Of a DNA stretch of 64,000 bases, positions 12,450-25,201 are shown piece after piece. The stretch spans positions 67,396,001-67,460,000 of the forward strand of contig NC_087436.1 in the NCBI RefSeq assembly GCF_036321535.1, given 5' to 3'. Made by a program: the position numbers and the translations under genes. This DNA comes from Camelus dromedarius (taxonomy: Eukaryota). Each line of letters begins with the position of its first letter. Position 1 is the stretch's first letter. The notes beneath the pieces were generated by a model. It was not told where the DNA came from, made no database searches, and worked only from the letters and a program-made list of their open reading frames with translations.

Positions 12450-13600
12450 GCGCAGCACATACAATGGAGGATTGGCTTCTTCAAACTGTCTCAGTAGTCG
12501 TTGAAGTTACTTCACCAAGGAAACAGCAATAGTGACAACCCCAAGAGCAAAACATATCAGCCGTTATTTCCCCCACTCAGTCTTTTTGAAGTTTTTGTGA
12601 ATTTTAGGAAATTTAAAAATGATAAAATTTAATTCTGTATTGTACCTCTATATTACTCCAGTGTCTGATTTATACAAATGAAAATACATTCATTAAGAAC
12701 ATTAGGAAAAACATTAGATAGGATTCCAGGATGTTAGCAATGAGTTCCAGTGTCCACGCAAAGGATTATCCTTAGTGGTATCAGTAATCATTGAAAAGGG
12801 TATGTCTAAAAGGAAGGTAAAAGAGGCTCTTTGCTCGACATCTTCCATTTTTCTCTGTGAGGCAAATACCTGCTGATAGTCATGTGACATACTTCCTTTA
12901 GAAAATAAATGTAGTTGTTTTCCTTCATTACATATTCTTTGGAACAATTTATCATTGGGACTGTCTGGTTTTCAAAGGTCCATTCTCCTGTCAAGGTAAC
13001 TGGGGCTGATGGTTTTGGAGATAATTCCTCGGTAGCCATCTCTATTCATTGTCAGGAATGAATGTATTTCAGTTTATGACTTCTATTGTGGTCAATGTGA
13101 AAAATTGCATTTTTCAAGTAAAGTTTTCCTTTTACTGATGTTTCCATATGTGTTTACATAGAATTCTACAAAATGGACACTTGTAGAACTTTGTTTCTTC
13201 TCTTCTAATAGTATCTTCTTGTCATTTCTTATTTTGCCTATTTGTGATTTCTCCCTTACTAACTGCAATGTTAGCTATCGGTTAAACTTGTTAATTTTTC
13301 CCAAGAACGAGGACTGTGAGTTATTATGAGACTTACTCTTTTTCTGTTTTCTGTCGATTTCTTCTTTATTACTTAAGTCTTTATGCTTCTTAGGCTAGAA
13401 CCACTGAGGACAATATCCATAATGATTATCTATGTAGTAAAGTTACGGCACAAGCTGACCTCATCGAGGTTTTGAGGTCTTCGTGGCCAAGGTTATGGTT
13501 CTTACTGTCCTACATTTTACACCCTGGACATTTGAAAAACCATAACTAAAAAGCATTCAGGAAAGACTATATTACTGGATTAATAATAACTAATAAATAT
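12450..13600 (+). mobile_element. Probable ancient L4/RTE-X LINE 3' relic (ORF C-terminus plus structured 3' UTR)
   Basis: 3' end has two stem-loops (13457-13547) followed by a GGAT(TAA)n-like tail. Upstream, frameshifted readings suggest a 'TLxRF.ML' motif and a C..C...H...C knuckle. Family assignment is from memory. Confidence 0.45.
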
Positions 13601-15299
13601 TTAATATTAAAAATTCCCTTTTATATCCTATCCCTTGATTGATTAAATATGTTTGCCTTCATTATTTGGGTTATTCTGCAAATAGAATCCAAAATATCAT
13701 TGGCCATAAAGAAATCCTGATTTAGAAAATGAGAAATCTCAGGAGAAAATATGTATAAATTTGGATTCAGCATGATTAAGAAAGACAAAGTATAAAATAT
13801 CAGATACATGTCAATAAATTAGTCATCTTTGAGGGAATAAATCTAGTGCAAAAATGAGATACACAATAATTTGCTTTAAAGTGTTAAAGTATCTTGAAAT
13901 CTTGAACTTCACTATTTTTATTGCAAGTTTTGGAATGAAGACTACTGTTTCAATAATTTTCCTCACCTTCAAAAATTGCTATACATTCCCACTTCATTAG
14001 AAGCTTTAATTTGAATTTAACATCGTTCATCTTGCCATATCTAAGGATGTATCCTTAAAGCACTATAACTACGAAAGTAAGAAAGCAATGTTTTGAGGAT
14101 ATTATTTATAGTGTGTAGGTTTTTTGTTTTGTTTTTTTTTTTTTCAGTTTAAAATCCAATTACATTGTATTGTTCTCCTTGTTAAAAAAAGATTCTAAAA
14201 GAGAATAAAATAGGCTGGACACCCACCCCACAATCAAATCCACAGTGATCTTTACATGGCCTATGTAGAGCAGGTTCATTGCAATCAATGTTACTCCTCC
14301 TTATACTGAACAAAAATCAAGTAAAATGAATTCAGAGAAAACAAAATGCAGGCTTATCCTTTTTTTTTTTTTTTTTTTGAACATGAGGCTTTTTTTTTCC
14401 TGCAAAAGTTAGAATCTCTGATTCATTTAATCTTTGTCTTTTCAGCAGAAAGATATGGATGAAAAAGAAACTCAATTTAGTAAAATAATGTCTTGAGATT
14501 CATTGCTATCCAGTACCAAAAAAAAAAAAAAAAAACACTTGTACCTTTCCTCATCAAATGTTAATCTCTAAGAAGAGAGCGATTTCAGTGTTTTTTCATA
14601 ATGTTTCTAAATTAAAACAGGTATTCTCTATTGTCATATTGATAAATGTGTAAGTACAAATAATAGTTATAATTTAATATTTAATTATTATCTGCAAAAC
14701 AGATCATAGTTTCTAATAGATCTCGCCTAATACTAATCCTCAACTATAAATGTATATTTTTTAACTGGAAGTAGGTTTTAATTAACAGGGGAGTTAATTA
14801 GTCTGTCTTAAGTGGGACTTCTAAAAGACTGATATTTGGGATATTTATTTCAATTTGACAAACATTTTTGAGGAACTAACATGTATGCCTTGCATTTTTG
14901 CCAAAGCTGGAGACTTAAGACTAATAAAATAGCTTATAATACATCATAATTTCCTTTGGTAACACGAAAAGTGTAACTCCTTCTGGAGTTAGAAAAGATT
15001 TTATGACGTGACATTTTTAACTTGGTTCTGAAGGAAAAGTAGGAAATTACCAATGAACTATGAGGAATAAAGGCAGAGTCATTGGGCAGATGGGAAAAAA
15101 AATATTAAGAAAATAAGTTACCAGAAAAGATTATGTAAATAACAATAATAATACTGATAAACTCATCACATGATAATGAGAATTTCAAAGTATCAGCAAA
15201 ACAAGGTACAGTGGCTTGACAAGAAATGGGGCTATCCGTGTAGTTTGAGACAAGATTAGAGGAGGGCTTATTTTTAAGATAGTCAGTAGTACCCACCAG

Positions 15300-16060
15300 G
15301 ATGTTCTGGTAAGTCTGTCAGAAGAAAGAGCAGCCCTCAAATAGGTTTTACCTTCTTAAGATTGCCTCTTGTGTTTGGGTATCAGGGGTAGTCACTATAT
15401 ATCTAGAAGGGTTAGAGATAATGTTCACACTCCTCCTACCTAAAACCAGTTGTCTGGCTGCCCTACAGAGTAACTTACGTCCATTCACCTAAGGCTCCCT
15501 TTGACCTTCTAGCTCTGTTCATTTGCTGGAGGCATTAGTGAGCTTTCCCCAGGCTCAGCTGAAGGCCCAGGATCTCACCAGATAATATATCCCGAGTGTT
15601 CAGAGAAAGGGACTGCTTACTAATGTTGGGTACCGCCCAGGAAACAGTCTGACTAAAGTGGAACTCATAACTATAAGAGTAGCTGGGGTGTAACTTTAGT
15701 GTAGCTGTTCCAGTGAGATACTCTGGTTAAGAAGAAAACCCCCACTATTAAAACAGCCGCTCCTCAGAGGACTAACTCTGCATTAGGATTTTATTAGTGA
15801 TCATTCATCAGGGACCTCTCTTTTCTGAGGACCTTCATAGGCATTCTCTGAGGAGGGAGTATAGAGTATAATTTTCTCAGGGCATAAGTCACAATGACTC
15901 TTTCTCAGGGACCTGCATGGGCTTCCTTCCAGCATGTTGAGTAGAGTGGTTGAGTAAGATCTCTCACTTAGTGCCTCATTATGAGGATCCCCTCTACCCA
16001 GCTTTTCTGTGCTCTTGGCATTTTACTCTTAGATATGGACCTCAGGAAAGCTGAACTGTA
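15300..16060. mobile_element. Possible old LTR (unassigned)
   Basis: ~750 bp island of higher GC with repeated GAGGAC/GGGACC motifs. No family recognised. Confidence 0.3.
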
Positions 16061-16165
16061 AGTTAAAATGTTTATATTATGTGAAAGAAATGAAAACTTT
16101 TGTGTCTAATACTAAAACACAAAAACAAGCTAAAAACCCTGTATAGTTGAAAATTGCTAAGATTT

Positions 16166-17396
16166 TACACTGTTTGTGGGAATGTAGTTTGGTGCAGCCA
16201 TTATGGAAAACAGTATGGAGATTCCTCAAAAAACTAAAATTAGACTTACCTTATCCAGCAATCCCCCTCCTGGGCATATATCTAGAGGAAACACTAATTC
16301 AAAAAGATACCTGCACCCCAATTTTATAGCAGCACTGTTTACAATAGTACAAACATAGAAGCAACTTAAATGTCCATCAACAGATGACTGGATAAAGAAG
16401 CTATGGTATATTTATATAATGGAATACTACTCAGCCATGAAAAAGAACAAAATAATGCCATTTGCGACAACATGGATGGCCCTGGAGATTGTCATGCTAA
16501 GTGAAATAAGCCAGAAAGAGAAAGAAAAATTGCATATGATATCACTCATAATCTAAAAAAGAAGATACAAAGGAACTTACTTATGAAACAGAAACAGATT
16601 CAGACATAGAAAACAAACTTATGGTTACCAGAGGGATAAGAGGTGGGAAGGGATAACTTGGAAGTTTGAGATTTTTTTTTTTTTTTGCATGGGTTTAAAA
16701 ACTTTTTTTTATTATTTTATTTTATTTTTTAACTTTTTTTTTATTGAGTTTTAGTCATTTTACAATGTTGTGTCAAATTCCAGTGTAGAGCACAATTTTT
16801 CAGTTATACATGAACATACATACATTCATTGTCACATTCTCTTTCGCTGTGAGCTGTAAGATCCTGTATATATTTCCCTGTGCTACACAGTACAATCTTA
16901 TTTATCTATTCTACATTTTGAAATCCCAGTCTGTCCCTTCCCACCCCCTGTCCCCCTGGCAACCACAAGTTTGCATTCTATGTCTATGAGTCTGTTTCTG
17001 TTTTGTATTTATGGTTTTTGTTTTTGGGGTTTTTTTTTTTTTTTAGATTCCACATATTAGCAATCTCATATGGTATTTTTCTTTCTCTTTCTGGCTTACT
17101 TCACTTAGAATGAAATTCTCCAGGAACATCTGTGTTGCTGCAAATGGCATTATGTTATCGGTTTTTATGGCTGAATAGTATGGGAGTTTGAGATTTGCAG
17201 ATACTAACTACTGTATATAAAAATAAACAAGTTTATACTGTATAGCACAGGGAACTATAATCAATATCTTATAGTAACCTATAATGGAAAAGAATATGAA
17301 AGGGAATATATGTATAAATATGTATGACTGAAATGTGCTTTACACTAGAAATTGGCACAACATTGTAAACTGACTATACTTAAAAAAAAAAAAAAA
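16166..17396 (+). mobile_element. Younger L1: ORF2 C-terminus, 3' UTR and poly(A)
   Basis: ORF 16147-16329 reads [25 protein letters not shown] (L1 ORF2 cysteine-rich end). A15 tail at 17382-17396. Confidence 0.95.
16675..17180 (-). mobile_element. Youngest nested L1 3' UTR with compound tail
   Basis: Antisense L1 3' UTR flanked by TSD TGGAAGTTTGAGATTT (16659-16674) / TGGGAGTTTGAGATTT (17181-17196). Confidence 0.93.
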
Positions 17397-17871
17397 GAGT
17401 AGATCTTAAAAGTTCTGATTCCAAGAAAAAAAATCATAGCAATGTGTAGTGATGGATGTCAACTAGACTTACTGTGGTGATCATATCACAATACATACAA
17501 ATACCAAATCAGTATGTTGAACACATGAAGCTAATGTAATATGTCCACTATATCTTAATAAAAAGTTGTTTTTAAAAGAGAGCCAGTAGAAAATTTTAAT
17601 CTTAGGGTTGATAACATCATCTTTTTTTTTTTTTTTTGGTTATATAAAAAGATACGTGTTTAATCAGTTTAACAGAAGAGGAAATTTTACCTAGTCTCGG
17701 GAAACACCATTAAGAGTCCTTTGTTACAATCTGAAGAGACATGATGAGGGCCTGAACTGAGGCAATATCTCTGGAGGCAGAAACAAGAGTCAGTAATTAA
17801 GATACATTTCTGAGGTAGAATGAGCACATTTTGTTTATTGACTGGAAATGGAAGTCAGGAAAAGAGAACCT

Positions 17872-18400
17872 AGTCCCTTGTTGGTCATGTCATTTGAAAA
17901 TATTTTCTCCCATTCTGTAGGTTGTCTTTTCATTTTATTGATGGTATCCTTAGTTGTGCAAAAGCTTTTAAGTTTAATTAGATCCCATTTGTTTATTTTT
18001 GCTTTTATTTCCATTACTCCAGGAGCTGGTCCAAAAATAATACTGTGATTTATGTCCATGAGTGTTCTTGCCTATGTTTTCCTATAGGAGTTTTAAAGTA
18101 TCTGGTCTTATATTTAAGCCTTCAACCTATTTTGAGTTTATTTTTGTATGTGATGATGGAGAATTTTCTAATTTTAGTCTCTTACAGGTAGTTGTTCAGT
18201 TTTCCCAGCACCACTTATTGAAGAGACTGTCTTTTCTCTATTGTGTAGTCTTCCCTCCATTGTCATAGATTAATTGACCGTAAGCGCTTTGGTTTATTTC
18301 TGGACTTTCTATCCTGTTGCATTGATCTAGGTGTCTGTTTTTATGCCAGTACCATACTGTTTTGATTACTGTAGCTTTGTAGTACAGGTTAACATCAAGA
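17872..18400 (-). mobile_element. L1 ORF2 internal fragment
   Basis: ORF 17835-18059 reads [36 protein letters not shown]. Confidence 0.92.
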
Positions 18401-19859
18401 ATGTTTGTCTTTAGATTGGGCGCTTGGTGTTGTCACCATCCAAGGCTTGAAAGAACGTGGCAGAAAATGTTATTGGGGGGAAAAATGGTTATTCTTCATA
18501 TATTAAATTTAAAATACCTGCAGACAACCTAAAAGGATGTATTGCAGAATTAAATACATGGTTTGGCTTGGGGAAGACAGACATACCTAACGATAGATAT
18601 ATATTGTAGAGCAGCAGTTAAATTTATATGAACAACAAAAGAAAAAAAGAGTGGACCCTGTTGATTCTAGGATTTAAGAGCTATTCTGAGTGGAGAGAGT
18701 ATTCTTAGACATAAGGTAACATCCATCAAATAAAGTGTGAGAGATATAAGTTCACAGAATTCCATATCTACCTAGAAGTATCTTTTATTGTATATTTTTA
18801 TCAGTTTGCACAAAACCTTAAATTGAGCCTGTTAGAAGTATTTCCTATACATGTATTTGATTCAGTTCATAATCTGTCTATATAAATATAGTTTGAATCA
18901 ATTTAAATTGACAATATCAAAACATTTTGACCTACACAAAGTGGCAATTTCATAGTTAATCTAATAACCTTAAAGTATGAGATCCTAATTTAATTTATTA
19001 GTCTTAAATGAGGATTATATATGATTAGGTCAGTTTTGGTACATGGCTTAATATCTAAAAAAGCCTTGATCAAAAGAAATTTTAAATTTCTAAGACATAT
19101 ATGAAATAACATATTATTCAAATATTAGGTTTACTGACCATTCAAACATTTTGTTCACAATTTCTCTAGATGGTAAATTTAACTATTTTATACTAAAAGG
19201 CTTGAAACATAACTACTATTTTTTTATGCGTGTGTGCTTGATATGTTATATCTAGGAGTGTTAAAAGTAATACGCTGGAAAATACCAAATAAAATGCCTT
19301 CATAGACATTTATTTCCTCATTAGATAAAAATAAATTGACAGAATGCCACTGAGTGAATCATCTGGGCAAAACCACTACAGATCAATCCTAACATCTCAC
19401 TTCATTTTCTGTAGGCTGTTGTTATCAGGAGGATTTAGAGTGCTTGACTCTAATGTAAAATAAGGATTAATTCCAAATTTAGACTGAGTAGTATGACTCC
19501 AATGTCTGATTTTACCTTGGAGAAAACTTGAGATCCTACTTTAAATTGAATCTCTTGTATTCAAGGAAAGATTTAGAGGCTGTAAAGAATTATATGAAAT
19601 AAGAGATGCTGAGGAAATGGTTGCAAATAAAAGTACTCCACTGAGCTCTAAAGTAGAACAACTTTTGAAAAAATGCCTGAAAAACTATAATATCCACAGG
19701 GAAACAATGGAAGAGTAAAGAAGGGTGAGTTTAAGACCCACTTACAATGGATTCTCTTCTCAGAAAGTAAGAAAAAATTATTTGTAAGACATTTAACGAT
19801 TTGAAACTGAGGAAAGAAGACAGATTGGCAGAAAGAACAGCACCTGTGTCCTAGCCACG

Positions 19860-20100
19860 ATCCTGTCTATGTCGGACTTCTGTGTTAGCATCCTAGTTTC
19901 TCTCTGCTTCCATTCTTACCGTCTACCCACTGTAGACTATTCTTTGTACACTTAAAGCCAAAGCTGATATTTTTAAATATAAATCAAAGTGTGTATCTTT
20001 TCTGCTGAAAATCCTATAAAGATCTCCATCATGCTGAGAATAAAATTTTAACTCTGAACGATAGTTTTAAAGGCCTTTTGTAATCTGAGACTGACTAATG
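19860..20100 (+). mobile_element. L2 fragment
   Basis: L2-like motifs CTCTGCTTCCATTCTT, TTTTAAATATAAATCA and AGAATAAAAT. Confidence 0.55.
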
Positions 20101-21441
20101 ATTATTAGGTGGCTAACCCCCTGCCCCATTCCTAATATCTTTCTTCTGTGTTCTCTCTGAGCTAGAAAGGCCAAAAAAAAAAAAAAAATTGGTCACTTTA
20201 AGGGAAGGTGTTCTAAGAAATTATCTTAATGTTTACATATAATTTGAAAAAAAAAAGTTCACGTTCTCAGAGGAGAGAGATGGAGAGAAAGACACAGTTA
20301 AAGAAGAAACAGAAGAGAAAGAGAAAAGAGAAATACAGAAAGAGAGAGACTTGAATAAGGACAAATAGAAGAAAAGAGTGGGAGAGGAAGCTTTTTCCCA
20401 TCTACTCAAAAAGTTTGTGCCTGCCAAAACCATTTAGTGGAGCTGCTAAACAGCTTTGTTAAGGTGTTTATCCCCTAGACACAGTTCTGAGCTGTGGGTA
20501 TTCAGTGGTATAGAAATAAATTCAGAGTATGCCAAGCACACAAGACAAGATTTCCTAGGCAGACACAGTGTTATGACTCATCTGCATAATCCCCTCACCC
20601 TGCTAAAGAAGGAGGAAGGAGGAGACCATGAATCTGGGGATGTCAGCCCTGACAGCTTTATTACAAAGGAGGAGCCACTCAACTACTATACATTCTGGCA
20701 TTGCTACTTGCAGACATGCTAGATCTAACCAATTAAGAGGATAAGCAGATTTATTGCTAATTTATTTCTCTCTAAAGCACAAAGGGGAGAAAAAATGAAG
20801 ATGATGAAACAGATCTGACTATATTAAATGACAGGTTCAATTTCATGAGCTTCTTTTGGCTACCCAGGACTATGGGAGATAAGGAGGCGGAAAGAGAATG
20901 GATTCTTTTCTCACTCCGTACCCATCACTGCTACTTTTCAGTACATGCATTGTTACTGTCTGTGCTATTGTCCTTCTTCCTCTCCTTTTCTCCCCTCTCT
21001 CTCCTTCTGTGCACATTCCTGTAAATGGGGGAAATGTTTGATCATTGTCACTTTCTTTTTAAAAAACTTTACATTGTAGTAATACATTCAGCTATACTTA
21101 TTTATCTATTTATCACATCCCCATATTAAAAAGTAGGTATGTTGTTGTTTTGGTTAAAAAATTACTGAGGCATTTATTTATTTATTCATTTGTTTGCTCA
21201 TTCATTCATTCTGAGCCAGAAGTGGGATGAGGGAAAAGCAAAATGAGGACATTAAAAAATGCAACAAATTATTAATGTACAAACCTGAAAAACACCTACA
21301 TAAAAACTAGTGGAAGGATGTATCTATTTCCAAATATGTTTCAAGTATTTTATTTCCAGATTAGACCACTCTCTTAAGTGTTAGAACTAGATTAGATCTA
21401 ATTAGGTCCAGATCCTTTTAATCAAAAAATAAGAATGTTGT

Positions 21442-21603
21442 GGGGAGGGTATAGCTCAAGTGGTAGAGCTCATGGTAAGCTAAGCATGCTAGTGCTTAGC
21501 ATGCACGATGTCATGGGTTCTATCCCCAGAACCTCCTCTAAGAAAAATCGATAAACCTAATTACCCTACCCCCTCCTACAAAATAAAATAATTAAATAAT
21601 ATG
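21442..21603 (+). mobile_element. tRNA-Ala(AGC)-derived SINE, camelid Vic-1 type
   Basis: GGGGAGGGTATAGCTCAAGTGGTAGAG (A box) ... TGCTTAGCATGCACGA ... GGGTTCTATCCCCAG (B box), then an A-rich tail. TSD AAAATAAGAATGT at 21426-21438 and 21604-21616. Confidence 0.9.
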
Positions 21604-21649
21604 AAAATAAGAATGTGATAAGAAAGGAAGCTGTAAGAATTAGAATTTT

Positions 21650-23200
21650 ATTGAAAGAAGAATGGGAATATATTGTAGAATATTAACAGAGGAATAGTGT
21701 ACTCTGATGTTTTTAAAATATTCCCAGTAAGTAAAATGATTGGATTAGAGTAATTCAGTAAAATGATGGTGATGGCTTAGCAGGAATACCACAGTGGAAT
21801 CCTCTAAAGTGGCCAGATTCTGGTTATAGTTTGGGATAGAGTGCTTAAGACTTTCTGTTGAATTGATTTGAGACTATAGTAAAAGATAGAAAGAAGAATA
21901 TTAGTCTTACATTTCAGTGGTAATGTAAATGGTGTTGCTATTTCCTGATACAAACAAAAACAAAAACTGTTTGGAAAGTAGATTACAGAGTGCTGAATGT
22001 TAAGAGGTCTTTTATGGATTTGTTAAGCCTAGATATAGTAGACATTTTATGTTTCACATTAGACAGCTCAAGGAGTAATAATTTGCATGGTCTTCAGTGA
22101 AGATGTTAAGAGGTAATCAGATGGATATGTTAAGCTGGATAAACAAGTGTGAAGTTCAAGATGGGAGATAATTTTAAAAATTTGCTTAATGTGTGCATTT
22201 TAAGGCATGTAACCATATGATACCAACAATCAAAAGGATTAACAAGGAAAGAGAATGGGGCGCAGGGGTTCAGTATTTAGTGGCAGAGCTGTGGGTGAGA
22301 CCTACAAAAAGGAAGTCACTCAGATAAGAGAAAATCTGGAAAGCTAAAGAAAAAAATCTTTCGATGAAGTGGCTGTGGTAACAGTCACAGTTGTGGTTGA
22401 AGAAGTCAAATAAGATGAGGACTGGACAGCAAGGCAGCCGATGAAAAGTTTGAGGAGAAAATGTCTTGCAGTCGAGGGGAATGTAGCGAACCAAGGGTGG
22501 GTTGTGGAGAGAATGGGAAGCGAGCAAGAGAGGAGTTCCACTAGAGAAAACAGTTTCTAAAGAGTTTTGCTGTGAAGAGAAGCTAAAAATGCAGTTTATA
22601 TGGAAGATAGACAGGCGGTCCAGAGATCTGGGGGGTTGTTGTTGGTTTTGTTTTTAATTATTTTAAATATGGGACCTACTGAGAGGATGATCCAGGAGAG
22701 TGAGAAAAACTGATAAGAAAAAGATAAGGAAGAAAATGGAGAAGAATATCTCTTTACAAGGCTTTAGGAGCAGGATCCATGATGCAGGTAGAGGTCTTGT
22801 GCTTTACATAAATGAGTCCTTCATTATAATAGGAAAGAAGGATATAATTGGCAAATTAGTAAATATTAAGATAAGAATATTAAATAATTCCTAAATGAAG
22901 GCTTACAATTTCGAACTTTGTGTAGAAGGTCATCAGAGTTAGGTAAGAGAGGTTGCATTTTAAAGAGTGACAAGAGTATGAAATAGTTATTTTGCAGAAT
23001 GAAGAATTATACATTTTAGGAAAGTGTAGCAGGGTTCCTGGGCAAAGTTAAGTGCCCATTTGTTATTTTTTGGCATAAATGTTAAATGAAAAAAGTTATC
23101 TTTTGGAGTTTTCTATTTTACTATTTTCCCAGGGCTTTCAGCTGTTACAGTGAAAATAAAGAATAGGGAGCTACCTGGGTTTAACCCAGGCTGGATTTGG
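21650..23200 (-). mobile_element. Degenerate L2 segments
   Basis: Purine-rich antisense L2 signature (GCCAGATTCTGGTTATAGTTTG, TTTTATGGATTTGTTAAG, AGAGTTTTGCTGTGAAG). Confidence 0.55.
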
Positions 23201-23204
23201 TCAG

Positions 23205-23765
23205 GCATGATAGTCATTAGGGCTCTTAGTAATACTCCAATTTTCTCCCCTCTCAGATACTTAGTAAGGTTGTACTTTCTTATCTATTGAAAATAAGTGT
23301 AATTATGTGACTTTTTTCTGGATATGTAAGCAAATTTGACATATATTACTTCTGGATGAAGCTCTAAGAGCTATAGCTTAATTTCATATTTTCTCTGCAA
23401 TAGTTACTGGAGATTTTGACAGTTTGAGTTCTGGAATAAAGAGTGGTGCACCAAAGCAGTGGGGAACAAGATATGGGTAGGGGATTAAGAGGCATAAACT
23501 ACTGTGTATTAAATAAATAAATTACAAAGATAAATTATACATCACAGGGAATATAACTTCAAATGGAGTATAATCTGTAAAAATATTGAATAACTATGTT
23601 GTGCACCTGAAACTAATATAATATTGTAAATCAACTATACTTCAATAAAAAAGTGTTATGCATCAAAACCCTAAAGGACCTGTGACAGAAATGTAATAAT
23701 TGCAAGGAATAAATATTTATTTGACTTATTATTATTTGAACCAAGGACAGGAGCTAACAGAGACT
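23205..23765 (+). mobile_element. Old MLT1 LTR interrupted by an L1 tail
   Basis: MLT1-like motifs (TATGTGACTT, ACTTCTGGATGAAGCT, AATAAAT...GACTGAT) on both sides of the L1 insert. Confidence 0.5.
23456..23652 (+). mobile_element. L1 3' tail
   Basis: GTGCACCTGAAACTAATATAATATTGTAAATCAACTATACTTCAATAAAAAA. Confidence 0.88.
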
Positions 23766-25201
23766 GATTTAAACAGAGACTGATTGAATAGTATAAATTA
23801 AACTACCCTAATACCACAAGCTAATATGAAGAAATTGAGGGAGATAGGGCTATTTATCAGGGGATGATGGTAATACTGTACGAATGATCTAAGGTACATA
23901 AGAAAAAAGGTAAATTAACAGAAAAATAGCAAGGTCAATGGTTTGCATATCTGAAAAAAGTTGAAATGTATTTTTTTTAATTGGGAGTAATAGAATAAGT
24001 GGCCTAAAAAGTGGGTGATAGAGTACAAAGCTTGAAATTGAATTTCAGATAATTCAGTTGGGTATGACATAGTCTATGTTATCACTCTGGGAATATCTTG
24101 TTGAGGTTAGGTGAATGAAGAGATTATTAGAGTGAGGAGGTACAAGATCTGAGAAGCCAGGGTATGTATAGACATCTCACAGGCGTTGCAAATGTAACAA
24201 ATCATATTTATCATAAAAGTATAAATTACCCATCAAACCAAATAAGGTAATTTATAAGTTTTATGGCCTTATTTCCTACTAAGGCCCCCTAAAGAGAAGG
24301 AGGGGTTTACTCCTTCAGGTTCTACCTTCTAATCACAGAACTATCCTCTACTCTGAATATACTGTGTTCTTCCTTGAACCTAGGCCTTAGTACATGCTTT
24401 GTCCAATACCAGGAACTCTCTCCTAACCTGACTTTTGCCTTGGTAAGTACTTTATACTTTTCTTTAAAATTTAACACCCACTGTGAAAAACATTTCTAGT
24501 GGAAATCTTTCTCATCCTAAATATTACATATTCCCACCTCTAAAACTAAGAGGATTATTAAATTTCACAGTATTGTATTATTTTTTCTGTCATGTTACTC
24601 TAAGTACCTATAACTTTTCTGTGAAAAAAATATAACATTTTTGCTAACCTGAGATCTTTTGATGGTAGAGGATGTATTTTGCTTGATGTATTCCACTTAG
24701 CAATGAAATTAAACAAGGTAATTGAAAAAGTTGGTTTCTCAAACATTATGGTTTTAAAAGTATAAATTAATGAAAAACAAAACAGAAAAATCTCAGACTC
24801 AGTGGTGAGATCCCCACCATTTTTGTCTAAATAAAAAACACTCTTTTAAAAGTAGAAACTCTTTATCTTGAAAATGAGAGACTAAGTTACAAAAAAAAAA
24901 AGTGTCTAGTTTTTTGGGGTTTTTTTTTTTTTTTTTTTGATAGTTTTCATCAGGGAATGGCAAATCAGAGATTCAAACCCCTAAGCTAAATATTATGACT
25001 TTGACTTTCCTTTATCAATCCAAAATAATTAATTTGTTCTTGTAACTATTATTCTCCTTGCCCCTCTTTTCATAAAAGGATATTTTTTCTGTATATTTAG
25101 AAAGTTGATTGATAAGCACCTGTATTTTTGATAAATTTTGGGAAGTACATTGTCATAGAACAAAAGCTTTATTTGATTAAAAATGGTAATACTTTAAGAT
25201 A

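Larger units (their letters stand above)
16135..17563 (+). mobile_element. Older L1 3' end (L1MA-like) split by a younger L1
   Basis: GAAAATTGCTAAGA (to 16162) resumes as GAGTAGATCTTAAAAGTTCT... at 17397 and ends at AATAAAA (~17563). Confidence 0.75.

Noticed and set aside
12448..12470. TAGCGCAGCACATACAATGG resembling miR-15/16 or the U6 5' end
   Set aside because: Inexact match, no hairpin partner seen and no further U6 similarity.
12714..13039. Minus-strand ORFs with LLDI...PLRGH resembling a hAT-Tip100 transposase
   Set aside because: Motif spacing is off, and a + strand LINE relic contiguous with the 13.5 kb tail is more parsimonious. Not fully excluded; needs a Dfam search.
14446..14496. 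TTTTCAG|CAGAAAGATATGGATGAAAAAGAA... (QKDMDEKETQFSKIMS*) as an exon
   Set aside because: No good donor and no recognised homology.
21442..21540. tRNA-Ala gene
   Set aside because: Disrupted anticodon arm, SINE tail and TSD show it is a SINE.
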